This document shows, one piece after another, positions 17,410 to 24,742 of a DNA stretch of 24,742 nt; the first letter of the stretch is position 1; each line of letters begins with the position of its first letter. Source of the stretch: Candidatus Aenigmatarchaeota archaeon (lineage in GTDB: Archaea > Aenigmatarchaeota > Aenigmatarchaeia > QMZP01 > QMZT01); the NCBI GenBank assembly GCA_043808015.1, contig JAZDFI010000021.1:1-24742 (forward strand), read 5' to 3'. The translations under genes and the position numbers were made by a program. The notes under the pieces were generated by a model, which ran no database searches, was not told the DNA's origin, and saw nothing but the letters and a program-made list of their open reading frames with translations.

Positions 17410-17928
17410 CTAGTAGTCGGTCATCTCTATCTTTTCAGCGAGGCCTTTCTTTACGAGGAGATCAGCGTTCGGGGCGGGGATTGTCGCTATGCCGCCCTTG
17501 GCGAAGGGGCCGTAAGCCTTCATGTTCATGCCCACGAATTTCGCGACGGTGTCGAGGAGCGTGACCAGGACCAGATTTTCGTCCTTCTTCTCCATCCTGC
17601 CCTCGCGCACCTTCTGGAACTCGTTTATGCACTCGACGACGCGCTCGAAAAACTTGCGCTCTTCATCGCTCATGTGCTCCGGGACGACTCCGGACTCGAT
17701 GAAACCGTGCGCTGAGTTGAGCATCTTCCTCTCGCGCCTCTCGAATATCGTCTTAAGCCTGCGCTTGACCGCGTCGAATGCCCATTTTTCGCTCTCGTCC
17801 CTCGCCATTTTCTCCTTCTTTTCCACGTAGGCTCTGACTTCGTCGAAGAAGCCGTCCGGCAGCTTCGAAAGGCCTGCCGTATTCCGCTCTTCTTCAGCGA
17901 TTTTCCTGATAGTCTCGTCGGTGAGCAT
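17410..17928 (-). CDS. DNA replication GINS protein (Gins51/15 type)
   Basis: E....LSKLP.GFF..V..Y, IFERR.RK, M..EE..FF A-domain. C-terminal B-domain FVG.NMK.YGPF..G.IA.IP..NA.LLV.KG.AE.I. Confidence 0.88.
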   Translation of the reverse strand: MLTDETIRKIAEEERNTAGLSKLPDGFFDEVRAYVEKKEKMARDESEKWAFDAVKRRLKTIFERRERKMLNSAHGFIESGVVPEHMSDEERKFFERVVECINEFQKVREGRMEKKDENLVLVTLLDTVAKFVGMNMKAYGPFAKGGIATIPAPNADLLVKKGLAEKIEMTDY

Positions 17929-18009
17929 GCTTAATGGTTGACACTATAGAATATAAAATTTAGCATGCAATAATGATTCTCATTAAAATGGCGCAATACT
18001 GTGATTTTG

Positions 18010-18228
18010 ATGAACAAGTTTGTCCTGAGTTTCGATAAGAAGGCAGATGCACCGCCGTCCATACCAAATTTGGGCTATGCGGACAGCAAGGGAATCATGA
18101 CAGTATATTTCCAATTGGAAGATAATGCCATAATAGCGGACTCGAAAGCATCGGCAGCAATTGAACACAGTATCGCCGAACGAATAATAATCAATTTTCT
18201 AAGGGGCGGCGGCTACATAGAGATGTAG
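18010..18228 (+). CDS. Small hypothetical protein
   Basis: 72-aa ORF from ATG 18010 occupying the GINS-aIF5B gap. No recognised motif. Confidence 0.55.
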   Translation: MNKFVLSFDKKADAPPSIPNLGYADSKGIMTVYFQLEDNAIIADSKASAAIEHSIAERIIINFLRGGGYIEM

Positions 18229-18288
18229 CGAATCGCCACCGTCTTCTTTTAAAAGAAACCTGATAATTAATAACTCAGAGTGGTTCGT

Positions 18289-20010
18289 ATGGCCATAAGA
18301 CAACCCATAATATCAGTGCTGGGTCACGTTGACTCGGGGAAGACGACTTTGCTAGACAGGATTAGAGGCAGCACCGTCGCCAGCGGCGAGGCAGGCGGCA
18401 TCACGCAGCACATAGGCGCCAGCGAGGTGCCGATAACCAAGATAATGGGCGTGTGCGGAGGGCTGGCGCAGAAGATGAACGTCGATGTAAAGATACCGGG
18501 ACTTTTATTCATAGACACGCCCGGCCACGAAGCCTTTACGACGCTTCGCAGGCGAGGCGGTTCGATTGCCGATCTCGCGATTTTGATTATAGACGTCAAC
18601 GAGGGCCTGCAGAAACAGACGGAAGAAAGCCTCACGTTCCTGAAGGAGTTCAAGACCCCGTTCGTCGTGGCTGCCACGAAGATTGACCGCATACTCGGCT
18701 GGCGTTCCGAGGAGAATGCATGTTTTCTAAAGGGCTACGCTGCGCAGGACGCGCGCGCTCAGGACGAGCTTGAAGAAAAGATTTACAGGATAGTCGGGCA
18801 GCTCGCCGAGCGGAGCATAAAATCCGAGCGCTTCGACCGCGTCGAGGATTTTTCGAAACAGGTGTGCATCGTTCCCGTTTCGTCATTAACGGGCGAGGGG
18901 ATTCCCGACTTGTTAATGCTGCTCACGGGGCTCGCCCAGAAATATCTTGAAAAACGTCTCGAGATAACGGAGGGCATAGGCAAGGGGACGATACTCGAGG
19001 TAAAGGAATACCGCGGCCTAGGGGCGACCATAGACGTCATCCTCTACGACGGCTGCGTCAGCCGCGGCGACATTCTCGTCATCGGGGGACGGGACGTCAT
19101 AGTCACGAAAGTCAAGGCGATGCTCAAGCCGGAGCCGCTGAAAGAGATGCGAGTCGAACGCGTTTTTCAGCCAATCGATTCCGCAACGGCCGCATGCGGG
19201 GTGAAAATATCATCCCCGGATTTAACTGGCGTCATAGCCGGCTCGCCTGTGCGTTTCGTGAAAAGCGAGAAAGACGTCGAAGCCGCGACGATGGACATAG
19301 CGAAGGAGATAGAGGAAGTCGAAATCGAGACGGAGAACGACGGCGTCATAATCAAAGCCGATACGCTCGGCAGCCTGGAAGGCCTGATAAAGGTGCTTAA
19401 AGACAACGACATTCCTATAAGAAAAGCGAAAGTCGGGAACGTGCTCAAAGGCGACGTGATGGAAAGCTCCAGCATGAAGAAGCCCGTCGTATTCGCCTTC
19501 AACGTCGAAATCGTTCCCGATGCAGACGAGGCTGCGAAGAAGGCGGGGGTCGAGGTTTTCAAATCCAACATAATATACAGGCTTATCGAGGGATACCAGA
19601 AATGGGAAGCGGATCTGAAGAAGAACGCGGAGGCGAAACTTCTCGACAGCGTTACCCATCCTGGGAGAATGATAATATTGCGCGGCTACGTTTTCCGGCA
19701 GTCTAAACCAGCGATTTTTGGCGTAGAGATTCTCGCCGGCCAGGTGAAGACCGGATACAATCTGCAGAAGAACGGCACCGTTATCGGCGAGGTAAAGGAG
19801 CTGCAGGCGGAAGGCGACAACGTCCCGATGGCGAAAACCGGGGAAAAAGTCGCGGTGTCGATGGACGGCGTGACCATCGGCCGCCAGATAAACGAGGGCG
19901 ACGAGCTGGAGAACGTCCTGACCGGACGCGACCTGGAAATACTGGCGAGGGTGAAGCACAAGCTGCCAGAAGACGAGCGCAGAATGCTCGACGAAATGCA
20001 ACAGATTTAA
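18289..20010 (+). CDS. infB: Translation initiation factor aIF5B (IF-2)
   Basis: RQPIISVLGHVDSGKTTLLD, GGITQHIGA, DTPGHEAF, TKID, KADTLGSLE, FRQSKPAIFGV. No intein. Confidence 0.97.
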   Translation: MAIRQPIISVLGHVDSGKTTLLDRIRGSTVASGEAGGITQHIGASEVPITKIMGVCGGLAQKMNVDVKIPGLLFIDTPGHEAFTTLRRRGGSIADLAILIIDVNEGLQKQTEESLTFLKEFKTPFVVAATKIDRILGWRSEENACFLKGYAAQDARAQDELEEKIYRIVGQLAERSIKSERFDRVEDFSKQVCIVPVSSLTGEGIPDLLMLLTGLAQKYLEKRLEITEGIGKGTILEVKEYRGLGATIDVILYDGCVSRGDILVIGGRDVIVTKVKAMLKPEPLKEMRVERVFQPIDSATAACGVKISSPDLTGVIAGSPVRFVKSEKDVEAATMDIAKEIEEVEIETENDGVIIKADTLGSLEGLIKVLKDNDIPIRKAKVGNVLKGDVMESSSMKKPVVFAFNVEIVPDADEAAKKAGVEVFKSNIIYRLIEGYQKWEADLKKNAEAKLLDSVTHPGRMIILRGYVFRQSKPAIFGVEILAGQVKTGYNLQKNGTVIGEVKELQAEGDNVPMAKTGEKVAVSMDGVTIGRQINEGDELENVLTGRDLEILARVKHKLPEDERRMLDEMQQI

Positions 20011-20043
20011 ATCCCCCCGCGCTATTTGTAGTTATTGATATCC

Positions 20044-20460
20044 ATGCAGCCGGAAAATTCATACGACAATCTTTTGAGACAGGCGTTCGACAAAATGCCG
20101 AAGAAGTCGGAGGGGACCGACCGCTTCCAGATGCCGCGTGCGAATGTCCAGCCGGCAGGCGCGCGCACGATAATCATAAACTTCATAGACATAGCGAACA
20201 CCTTCCGCCGCGAGCCGGACCACATGCAGAAATTCATTCTCAAAGAGCTCGCAACGTCCGGCGAGATGCAGAGCGGCAGGCTGGTCGTGCAGGGCAAGTT
20301 CAGGCCAGAGGTCGTTGACAAGAAACTCGAGCTTTACGCGAAGGAATACGTCCTCTGTCCGGACTGCAACAAACCCGACACGAAATTCATCAGGGACGAC
20401 CGCCTCATTTTTCTCAAGTGCGAGGCCTGCGGCTCGAAACATCCCATAAAGAAAGTGTAG
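20044..20460 (+). CDS. eif2b: Translation initiation factor aIF2 beta subunit
   Basis: RF.MP, TIIINF.DIA...RR...H..KF..KELATSG, YVLCPDC.KPDT, LKCEACG zinc ribbon. Confidence 0.95.
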   Translation: MQPENSYDNLLRQAFDKMPKKSEGTDRFQMPRANVQPAGARTIIINFIDIANTFRREPDHMQKFILKELATSGEMQSGRLVVQGKFRPEVVDKKLELYAKEYVLCPDCNKPDTKFIRDDRLIFLKCEACGSKHPIKKV

Positions 20461-20466
20461 ATTCGC

Positions 20467-21537
20467 TTATAATCCGCCGGCCAGCTTGTTCATGTCCGGT
20501 ATCTTGACGCAGTCGCACAGAGTTTGCCCGTGCGCCGAGCACACTTCCGCGTTCTGCATTATCTGGTCGTTGGTTATGCCCGTCACGGCCATGTCCTGCG
20601 GGAACGTTATCGCCAGCGTGAATTCGTCGCCCTGGAATTCCGTCTTCTGCAGGATGAGAACCTTGCGCCCGGTCGCGCTTTCTATGCTTGCCTTGAGCGC
20701 GTCGTCCATGTAGGCGCTCTCGCTGCCCACCATGTTTATGCCCTGGCTCATGAGTATGCGGACCGTAGACACGCAGCCCTCTGGCAGCGCCGTCCCTCCT
20801 GTTAACGCCTTGAACTGCTCGTCGCTCATGCCGAGCATCGAAGCCACGCCCTCGGTCACGCTGGGCAGGCCTTTGAAAAACAATACCGAGAAAACGATGA
20901 GGACTATTATCACGGCTATGCCACCCAGCCTGAACGGGTCTGAAAATGGCGTTTTTGCATAGTCTATCTTCTTGACCTCGCCCGTGTATGCTCCCATCAC
21001 TACGACGGCTTTCTTCGTGTCTTTCTCGAGAAGGATTTCCCAGTCCGTGTTCTTGAGATTCGCCTGTTTCGCCTTATACCCTTTCACAAGCGCCTCTGCC
21101 GTTTTTTTCACTTCGTCTTCCTTGAGCGTGGTGACCTTGCTTTTGACAAGCAGTCCCTCGAGCAGCTTGACGCGCTCCGTGAGCTTCTTCACCAGACTGG
21201 CGTCCGTTTCCTCTTTCTCGTCGCGCGTTATGAGGTAGAACGCGCCGCCAAGGACGCAGGCCGCTATTATGCCGCCGATGAACAGGTCGAGCTGTATCAT
21301 CTCGAAAATCGTGCCCTTGAAGAAGAACATGAAGCCGCGCATGGCAGTGCCGGCGAGCACGCACAGGAAGCCCGCGCCGAGCATGGCTACTATCCTTATG
21401 GCGAACGGAATTTTCTTCTTCATGCCGCGAAAAGCGAAGGAACCGAAAATCCACGAGAGAACAAAATACATCACTATCTGCGCGAGCATGAGAAGCTGGG
21501 GAAGCGTTTCCATGATGTCCGATAGCGAAAGCGCCAT
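20467..21537 (-). CDS. Hypothetical membrane protein with PepSY-like domain
   Basis: Three N-terminal TM segments and a coiled coil. LKEDEVKKTAEALVKGY...WEILLE....AVVVMGAYTGEV resembles PepSY. Then one TM and a Cys-containing C-terminal domain. Confidence 0.8.
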   Translation of the reverse strand: MALSLSDIMETLPQLLMLAQIVMYFVLSWIFGSFAFRGMKKKIPFAIRIVAMLGAGFLCVLAGTAMRGFMFFFKGTIFEMIQLDLFIGGIIAACVLGGAFYLITRDEKEETDASLVKKLTERVKLLEGLLVKSKVTTLKEDEVKKTAEALVKGYKAKQANLKNTDWEILLEKDTKKAVVVMGAYTGEVKKIDYAKTPFSDPFRLGGIAVIIVLIVFSVLFFKGLPSVTEGVASMLGMSDEQFKALTGGTALPEGCVSTVRILMSQGINMVGSESAYMDDALKASIESATGRKVLILQKTEFQGDEFTLAITFPQDMAVTGITNDQIMQNAEVCSAHGQTLCDCVKIPDMNKLAGGL

Positions 21538-21558
21538 GAATAATATTTGCAGCGCCCA

Positions 21559-21795
21559 CTATAAATTGGATATGTTGAAGAAGCCGCTCTGCAGGAGCTT
21601 GATTATCTTTTCCTCTTCGGGCATGTTCGCGGCAAGCAGCATCTTCAGGTCTTTCAGCGCTTCAGAATAAAGCGTCGTGCCGATGACGTTCGTGTCGCGC
21701 AGCTCCCATTCCTTGTCGCGTATTTTCGTGTAGATGAAGAACGCCTTGCCGTCCGTCGTGATCTTATGCTCCTGTCCCTCAAAAATAGTTTTCAT
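21559..21795 (-). CDS. Small hypothetical protein
   Basis: 78-aa ORF, co-oriented with and 21 nt upstream of the membrane protein. TTTAAA about 25-30 nt upstream. Confidence 0.7.
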   Translation of the reverse strand: MKTIFEGQEHKITTDGKAFFIYTKIRDKEWELRDTNVIGTTLYSEALKDLKMLLAANMPEEEKIIKLLQSGFFNISNL

Positions 21796-21848
21796 TATTT
21801 TCTAATTCAGTCAGCATGAATTTAAACATATGCTGTTCCAGGCTCGCC

Positions 21849-21858
21849 TTTTTAAATA
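21849..21858 (+). promoter_or_regulatory. TATA box for rps15
   Basis: tttttaaata. Would place the transcription start near 21878-21882. Confidence 0.5.
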
Positions 21859-21878
21859 CAGGCCGCCACTATAATCTC

Positions 21879-21933
21879 AAGAACAGGACAGTTCGTCAGG
21901 AACTAGCTTGTATCCGCGACAATTCTTGTTCTT
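21879..21933 (+). promoter_or_regulatory. Structured 5' leader of rps15 (candidate S15 autoregulatory RNA)
   Basis: 10-bp stem 21879-21888/21924-21933 enclosing hairpins AGTTC/GAACT and TTGT/ACAA. Confidence 0.5.
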
Positions 21934-21966
21934 ATAAAATTCCATAAAACGGAGAAAGGTGTTCAT

Positions 21967-22389
21967 ATGACAGAGACGAATGAGAACGAAAAGAAAGCGG
22001 CCAACTGGGTCGACTACAAACCCAAGGAAATCGAGGACCTTATCATAAAGTACGCGAAGCAGGGCACGACGAGCGCGCACATAGGCCTGATGCTGCGCGA
22101 CCAGTACGGCATCCCGTCCGTGAAAGCGGTCACGAAGAAAACCATCAGCCAGATACTGAAGGAAAACAAGGTCTACCCCAAGCTTCCGGAAGACATCCTG
22201 AACCTCATGAAGCGAGTCGTCGAGCTGCGCGTCCACCTGGAGCGCAACAAGAAGGACTACCAGTCGTATCGAGGTCTCGAATTGGCCGAGTCGAAAATCA
22301 GGGGCCTTGCCAAGTATTACAGGAAGAAAGGCATTCTGGCAAAGACTTGGAAATACAATTCGGAGCAGGCAAAGCTGCTAATCCGATAA
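21967..22389 (+). CDS. rps15: 30S ribosomal protein uS15 (S13e-like archaeal form)
   Basis: WV.Y...EIE.LI.K.AK.G..S..IG.MLRDQYGIPSVK, LPED..NL.KR, HL..N.KD..S.RGL...ESKIR.L.KYY, WKY. Confidence 0.96.
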   Translation: MTETNENEKKAANWVDYKPKEIEDLIIKYAKQGTTSAHIGLMLRDQYGIPSVKAVTKKTISQILKENKVYPKLPEDILNLMKRVVELRVHLERNKKDYQSYRGLELAESKIRGLAKYYRKKGILAKTWKYNSEQAKLLIR

Positions 22390-22401
22390 ACCCGAAATCA
22401 G

Positions 22402-22428
22402 CTTTGCTTTTTTCTTTTATTTTTAATA
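22402..22428 (+). terminator. Oligo-T terminator-like tract after rps15
   Basis: gctttgcttttttcttttatttttaat follows the stop. Confidence 0.4.
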
Positions 22429-22439
22429 TTGTTAAATTT

Positions 22440-23405
22440 TTATTCACTTCTTGATAGAATGTTTTCTAGCGTTAACTGTCCACCGCTACACATTTTTTCA
22501 GCAAAATGCTCTATCAAGTTTCTAACCTTTATTCTATGAAATTTTACATCATATTTATTATCATCTATTTTAGAAGCTAGACCTATCTTCTCAAAAGTTT
22601 CCATAGCTTCTTTTACGCTTTTAACACTGGGTACATCATGATTTCCGTTAGATTGCAAAGAAAATGTTTTTAATTTATTCAACAAATCGTTGACATTAAC
22701 AACCAATCGGATGATTTTTTTACCTCTAGATTCTTCTAATTGTTCATCCGTGGCTATAGAACCAAAGACATTTTGCCATAAAATAATCATTATATACAAA
22801 ATTGGCGGTTCAGCATCATAAAATTTAATATCACTAATCATTGGTTGTAAATGTTCTAGCCATATATCCACACCATTTTTCAACTTACTATGATTGTATC
22901 TAGAGTTACTCAAAAAATGTCTTAGAAATATGAAGAATCTAGTTTGGTCATTTCTAGCAAATTCTATTATATTGTATACTCTGTGAAATGGTTGTGTACT
23001 AATTTTACTTTCAATGAATTCAGACAACTCCCTACTTCTAGAAATCTGTGTCAATATTGAAATTTCATGATTATCAATTTTTTCATTTTCTGTATTCCAA
23101 CCAATTAAATCGTCATCATATTTTTTCATCTGTTCAAAACATTTTTCCATTGATTCATGTGTATGTGTTTTTGAAAAGGATTTTTTAGCTTCGACTATCA
23201 TGCCATTTGAAGTATCTAGCTGAATAACTTCATCAGGCGTAACATCTTCATTTGGTGTAATTGTATTTACAGTACTAGTTTTCATTTTTTTCCCTAAAAA
23301 ATAGTTAGCACTATGTTCAATTTTGAGGTGTTCACCTAGTGCTATCAGTGCTTGAACTGTAAGAATGTAATTATCAACTTCTTCTATTAACTTTCTCGAT
23401 TGCAT
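22440..23405 (-). CDS. Putative PD-(D/E)xK nuclease with C-terminal winged-helix-like region
   Basis: 321 aa. P57-D58-x13-E72-A-K74 followed by Q92-x3-Y96. C-terminus VNDLLNKL...VKEAMETFEKIGLASKIDDNKYDV is wHTH-like. Very AT-rich. Confidence 0.7.
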   Translation of the reverse strand: MQSRKLIEEVDNYILTVQALIALGEHLKIEHSANYFLGKKMKTSTVNTITPNEDVTPDEVIQLDTSNGMIVEAKKSFSKTHTHESMEKCFEQMKKYDDDLIGWNTENEKIDNHEISILTQISRSRELSEFIESKISTQPFHRVYNIIEFARNDQTRFFIFLRHFLSNSRYNHSKLKNGVDIWLEHLQPMISDIKFYDAEPPILYIMIILWQNVFGSIATDEQLEESRGKKIIRLVVNVNDLLNKLKTFSLQSNGNHDVPSVKSVKEAMETFEKIGLASKIDDNKYDVKFHRIKVRNLIEHFAEKMCSGGQLTLENILSRSE

Positions 23406-24502
23406 AATTCCACTTCAAAATTTTTTACGGTGCCTTCACCAAAACGCCTGAAAATTGTATCAATCATTCTATTCAATGAAGAATATGTTGATTTCAACTG
23501 TGGTATTATTGTTATTTTGTCTTCAGATAATACCTGTATGTCATATGATGAACCATCTAGGAAATCTGATAACGTTATGTGTAGGTATGGATTTGCATGA
23601 AGAACTGATATTGAACTATAAGTCATTTTTTCCATAGCTTCTATCAAATTTTTATTTCGTTCTACTGTTTCAAAAACTGGGTAATTGAATTTAATCGAAA
23701 GGGGTTTTGAACAACTTATCTTATCTTTTTCAATTCTAGACCTATTTATATACAAATTAAAGAGTCCATCTGCGAGAGATATCATGTTTTTTATAGCAAT
23801 CGCATAGAAAGTTTTAAAATTGTTCCCGCATTTGAAAACACCATCTCTTGAAATAAAGGCGTTTAAAATTAATTTTCTTTCATCATTCATCTCAAATAAA
23901 CTGAACTTTATCTTATCTACCCATAAATCATCTTCCGCGGCTTTACTGAAAACATCGATATGTGATTTAGAAGTATATGTTACTTGTGAAATTTTGCCAC
24001 GTTCTCTTGTATAAGCGACGGTTTTATCTGCAATTATTTCTCCACCAGTTAATCTTGTTAGTTCGTCTAATGTGGCTTTCAAATTGTATGACGAAAAATA
24101 AACTAGAGAAATACGTGGATAGTTTATTTCAAAAAATCTCTTAAGCGCATTATATAAAAAGTCCAATGAATCATCAGTTATAACCAAATATATATTTTTC
24201 TTCTCTGTTCTTGAAATTATGGCTTTGCCCTCTATTTCTCTTTTAGAATCTATCCTTTTTATGTGTCTTTTTAGAATAAATGAATATATAGAATCATTAC
24301 GTTGCAATGTTTTTAACTTATATTCATGATTTATCTCATTTTCGTATTTACTTATTATTTCAAATGGATTGAAATTGCACATTAAAAGAAAACCAGATAT
24401 AGGTTTTTTTGTATTGTCTAGATAACTGTTGACACTAGTAACAAGACCAGTTAAATTGCTGGACATTCTGTATATCCAATAATTACTAGGCCTGTCCACC
24501 AT
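23387..24502 (-). CDS. Hypothetical protein, partner of the putative nuclease
   Basis: 371-aa uninterrupted ORF in very AT-rich DNA, so unlikely by chance. Overlaps the downstream gene by 19 nt. No family recognised. Confidence 0.8.
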   Translation of the reverse strand: MVDRPSNYWIYRMSSNLTGLVTSVNSYLDNTKKPISGFLLMCNFNPFEIISKYENEINHEYKLKTLQRNDSIYSFILKRHIKRIDSKREIEGKAIISRTEKKNIYLVITDDSLDFLYNALKRFFEINYPRISLVYFSSYNLKATLDELTRLTGGEIIADKTVAYTRERGKISQVTYTSKSHIDVFSKAAEDDLWVDKIKFSLFEMNDERKLILNAFISRDGVFKCGNNFKTFYAIAIKNMISLADGLFNLYINRSRIEKDKISCSKPLSIKFNYPVFETVERNKNLIEAMEKMTYSSISVLHANPYLHITLSDFLDGSSYDIQVLSEDKITIIPQLKSTYSSLNRMIDTIFRRFGEGTVKNFEVELCNRES

Positions 24503-24532
24503 CTTGAGAATTCATTTTTTAGATTAAAAACC

Positions 24533-24546
24533 TATGTTTAAACATA
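24533..24546. promoter_or_regulatory. Perfect 14-bp palindrome centred on a TATA-like TTTAAA
   Basis: TATGTTTAAACATA, 31-44 nt upstream of the ATG at 24502 on the - strand. Confidence 0.45.
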
Positions 24547-24558
24547 AAATCTTGATTT

Positions 24559-24741
24559 TTACTTATTGTAGTTCTCTTTCACGTATTCTTCCAGCTTGTT
24601 CAGCGATTCCTCGAGCACGCTCATGGGCGGGAGGAACACGATGCGGAAATGGTCCGGCTTTGGATAGCCGAAGCCTGAACCGAAGACCGCGAGAATGTGT
24701 TTTTTGTACAGGACGTCCATGATGAACTCCTTGTCGTCTTT
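24559..24741 (-). CDS. 3' end of class I/II PLP-dependent aminotransferase (AlaA-like), truncated by the window edge
   Basis: Hand translation: KDDKEFIMDVLYKKHILAVFGSGFGYPKPDHFRIVFLPPMSVLEESLNKLEEYVKENYNK*. GSGF...DHFRIVFLP is typical of alanine aminotransferases. Confidence 0.8.
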   Translation of the reverse strand, partial: KDDKEFIMDVLYKKHILAVFGSGFGYPKPDHFRIVFLPPMSVLEESLNKLEEYVKENYNK

Positions 24742-24742
24742 G

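Larger units (their letters stand above)
22430..24555. other. Low-GC two-gene island, probably horizontally acquired
   Basis: Sampled 60-nt lines are 20-33% GC versus roughly 50-58% in the backbone, with abrupt edges. No integrase, transposase or terminal repeats seen. Confidence 0.75.

Noticed and set aside
19222-20001. 259-aa - strand ORF and other ORFs inside aIF5B
   Set aside because: Fully overlapped by a well-conserved gene on the opposite strand.
22390-24558. Island as an IS, provirus or restriction-modification system
   Set aside because: No transposase, integrase, terminal repeats, target duplication or methyltransferase motifs (FxGxG, DPPY/NPPY, PC) found by eye.
24534-24722. 62-aa + strand ORF
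   Set aside because: Antisense to the aminotransferase 3' end.
1-24742. CRISPR array, rRNA, inteins, stop-codon recoding
   Set aside because: No regularly spaced repeats or rRNA motifs. aIF5B and other conserved genes have normal lengths and end at standard stops, including TGA and TAG.

Overview
Archaeal chromosomal segment. The gene set (GINS, aIF5B, aIF2-beta, Spt5, Rpp21, Dph6, intron-containing tRNA) and the compact, reshuffled operons suggest a DPANN-type lineage; that assignment is inference. Most of the window is housekeeping DNA of roughly 50-58% GC (eye count on sampled lines). It contains Rpp21, a DUF106/EMC3 insertase, an adenylate-kinase homologue, PGI/PMI, serS, apt, VIT1, endonuclease IV, RNase HI, Dph6, an M14 peptidase, a metallophosphoesterase, tRNA-Ile(GAU) with a 41-nt intron, an FKBP PPIase, ftsZ-secE-spt5-rpl11, catalase, GINS, aIF5B, aIF2-beta, rps15 and the 3' end of a PLP aminotransferase. 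The best novel-system candidate is a very AT-rich two-gene cassette (22440-24502). It encodes a PD-(D/E)xK/QxxxY nuclease-like protein, overlapped by an unrecognised 371-aa partner, with a 14-bp palindrome over its TATA box; this looks like a candidate defence system. Other points of interest are an apparently catalytically dead adenylate kinase, an unannotated 34-aa hyper-acidic protein, a three-way-junction leader upstream of rps15, a structured GC-rich intergenic element near 1100-1170, and a catalase sitting where rpl1-rpl10-rpl12 usually follow rpl11. No CRISPR array, rRNA or transposase/integrase was seen.
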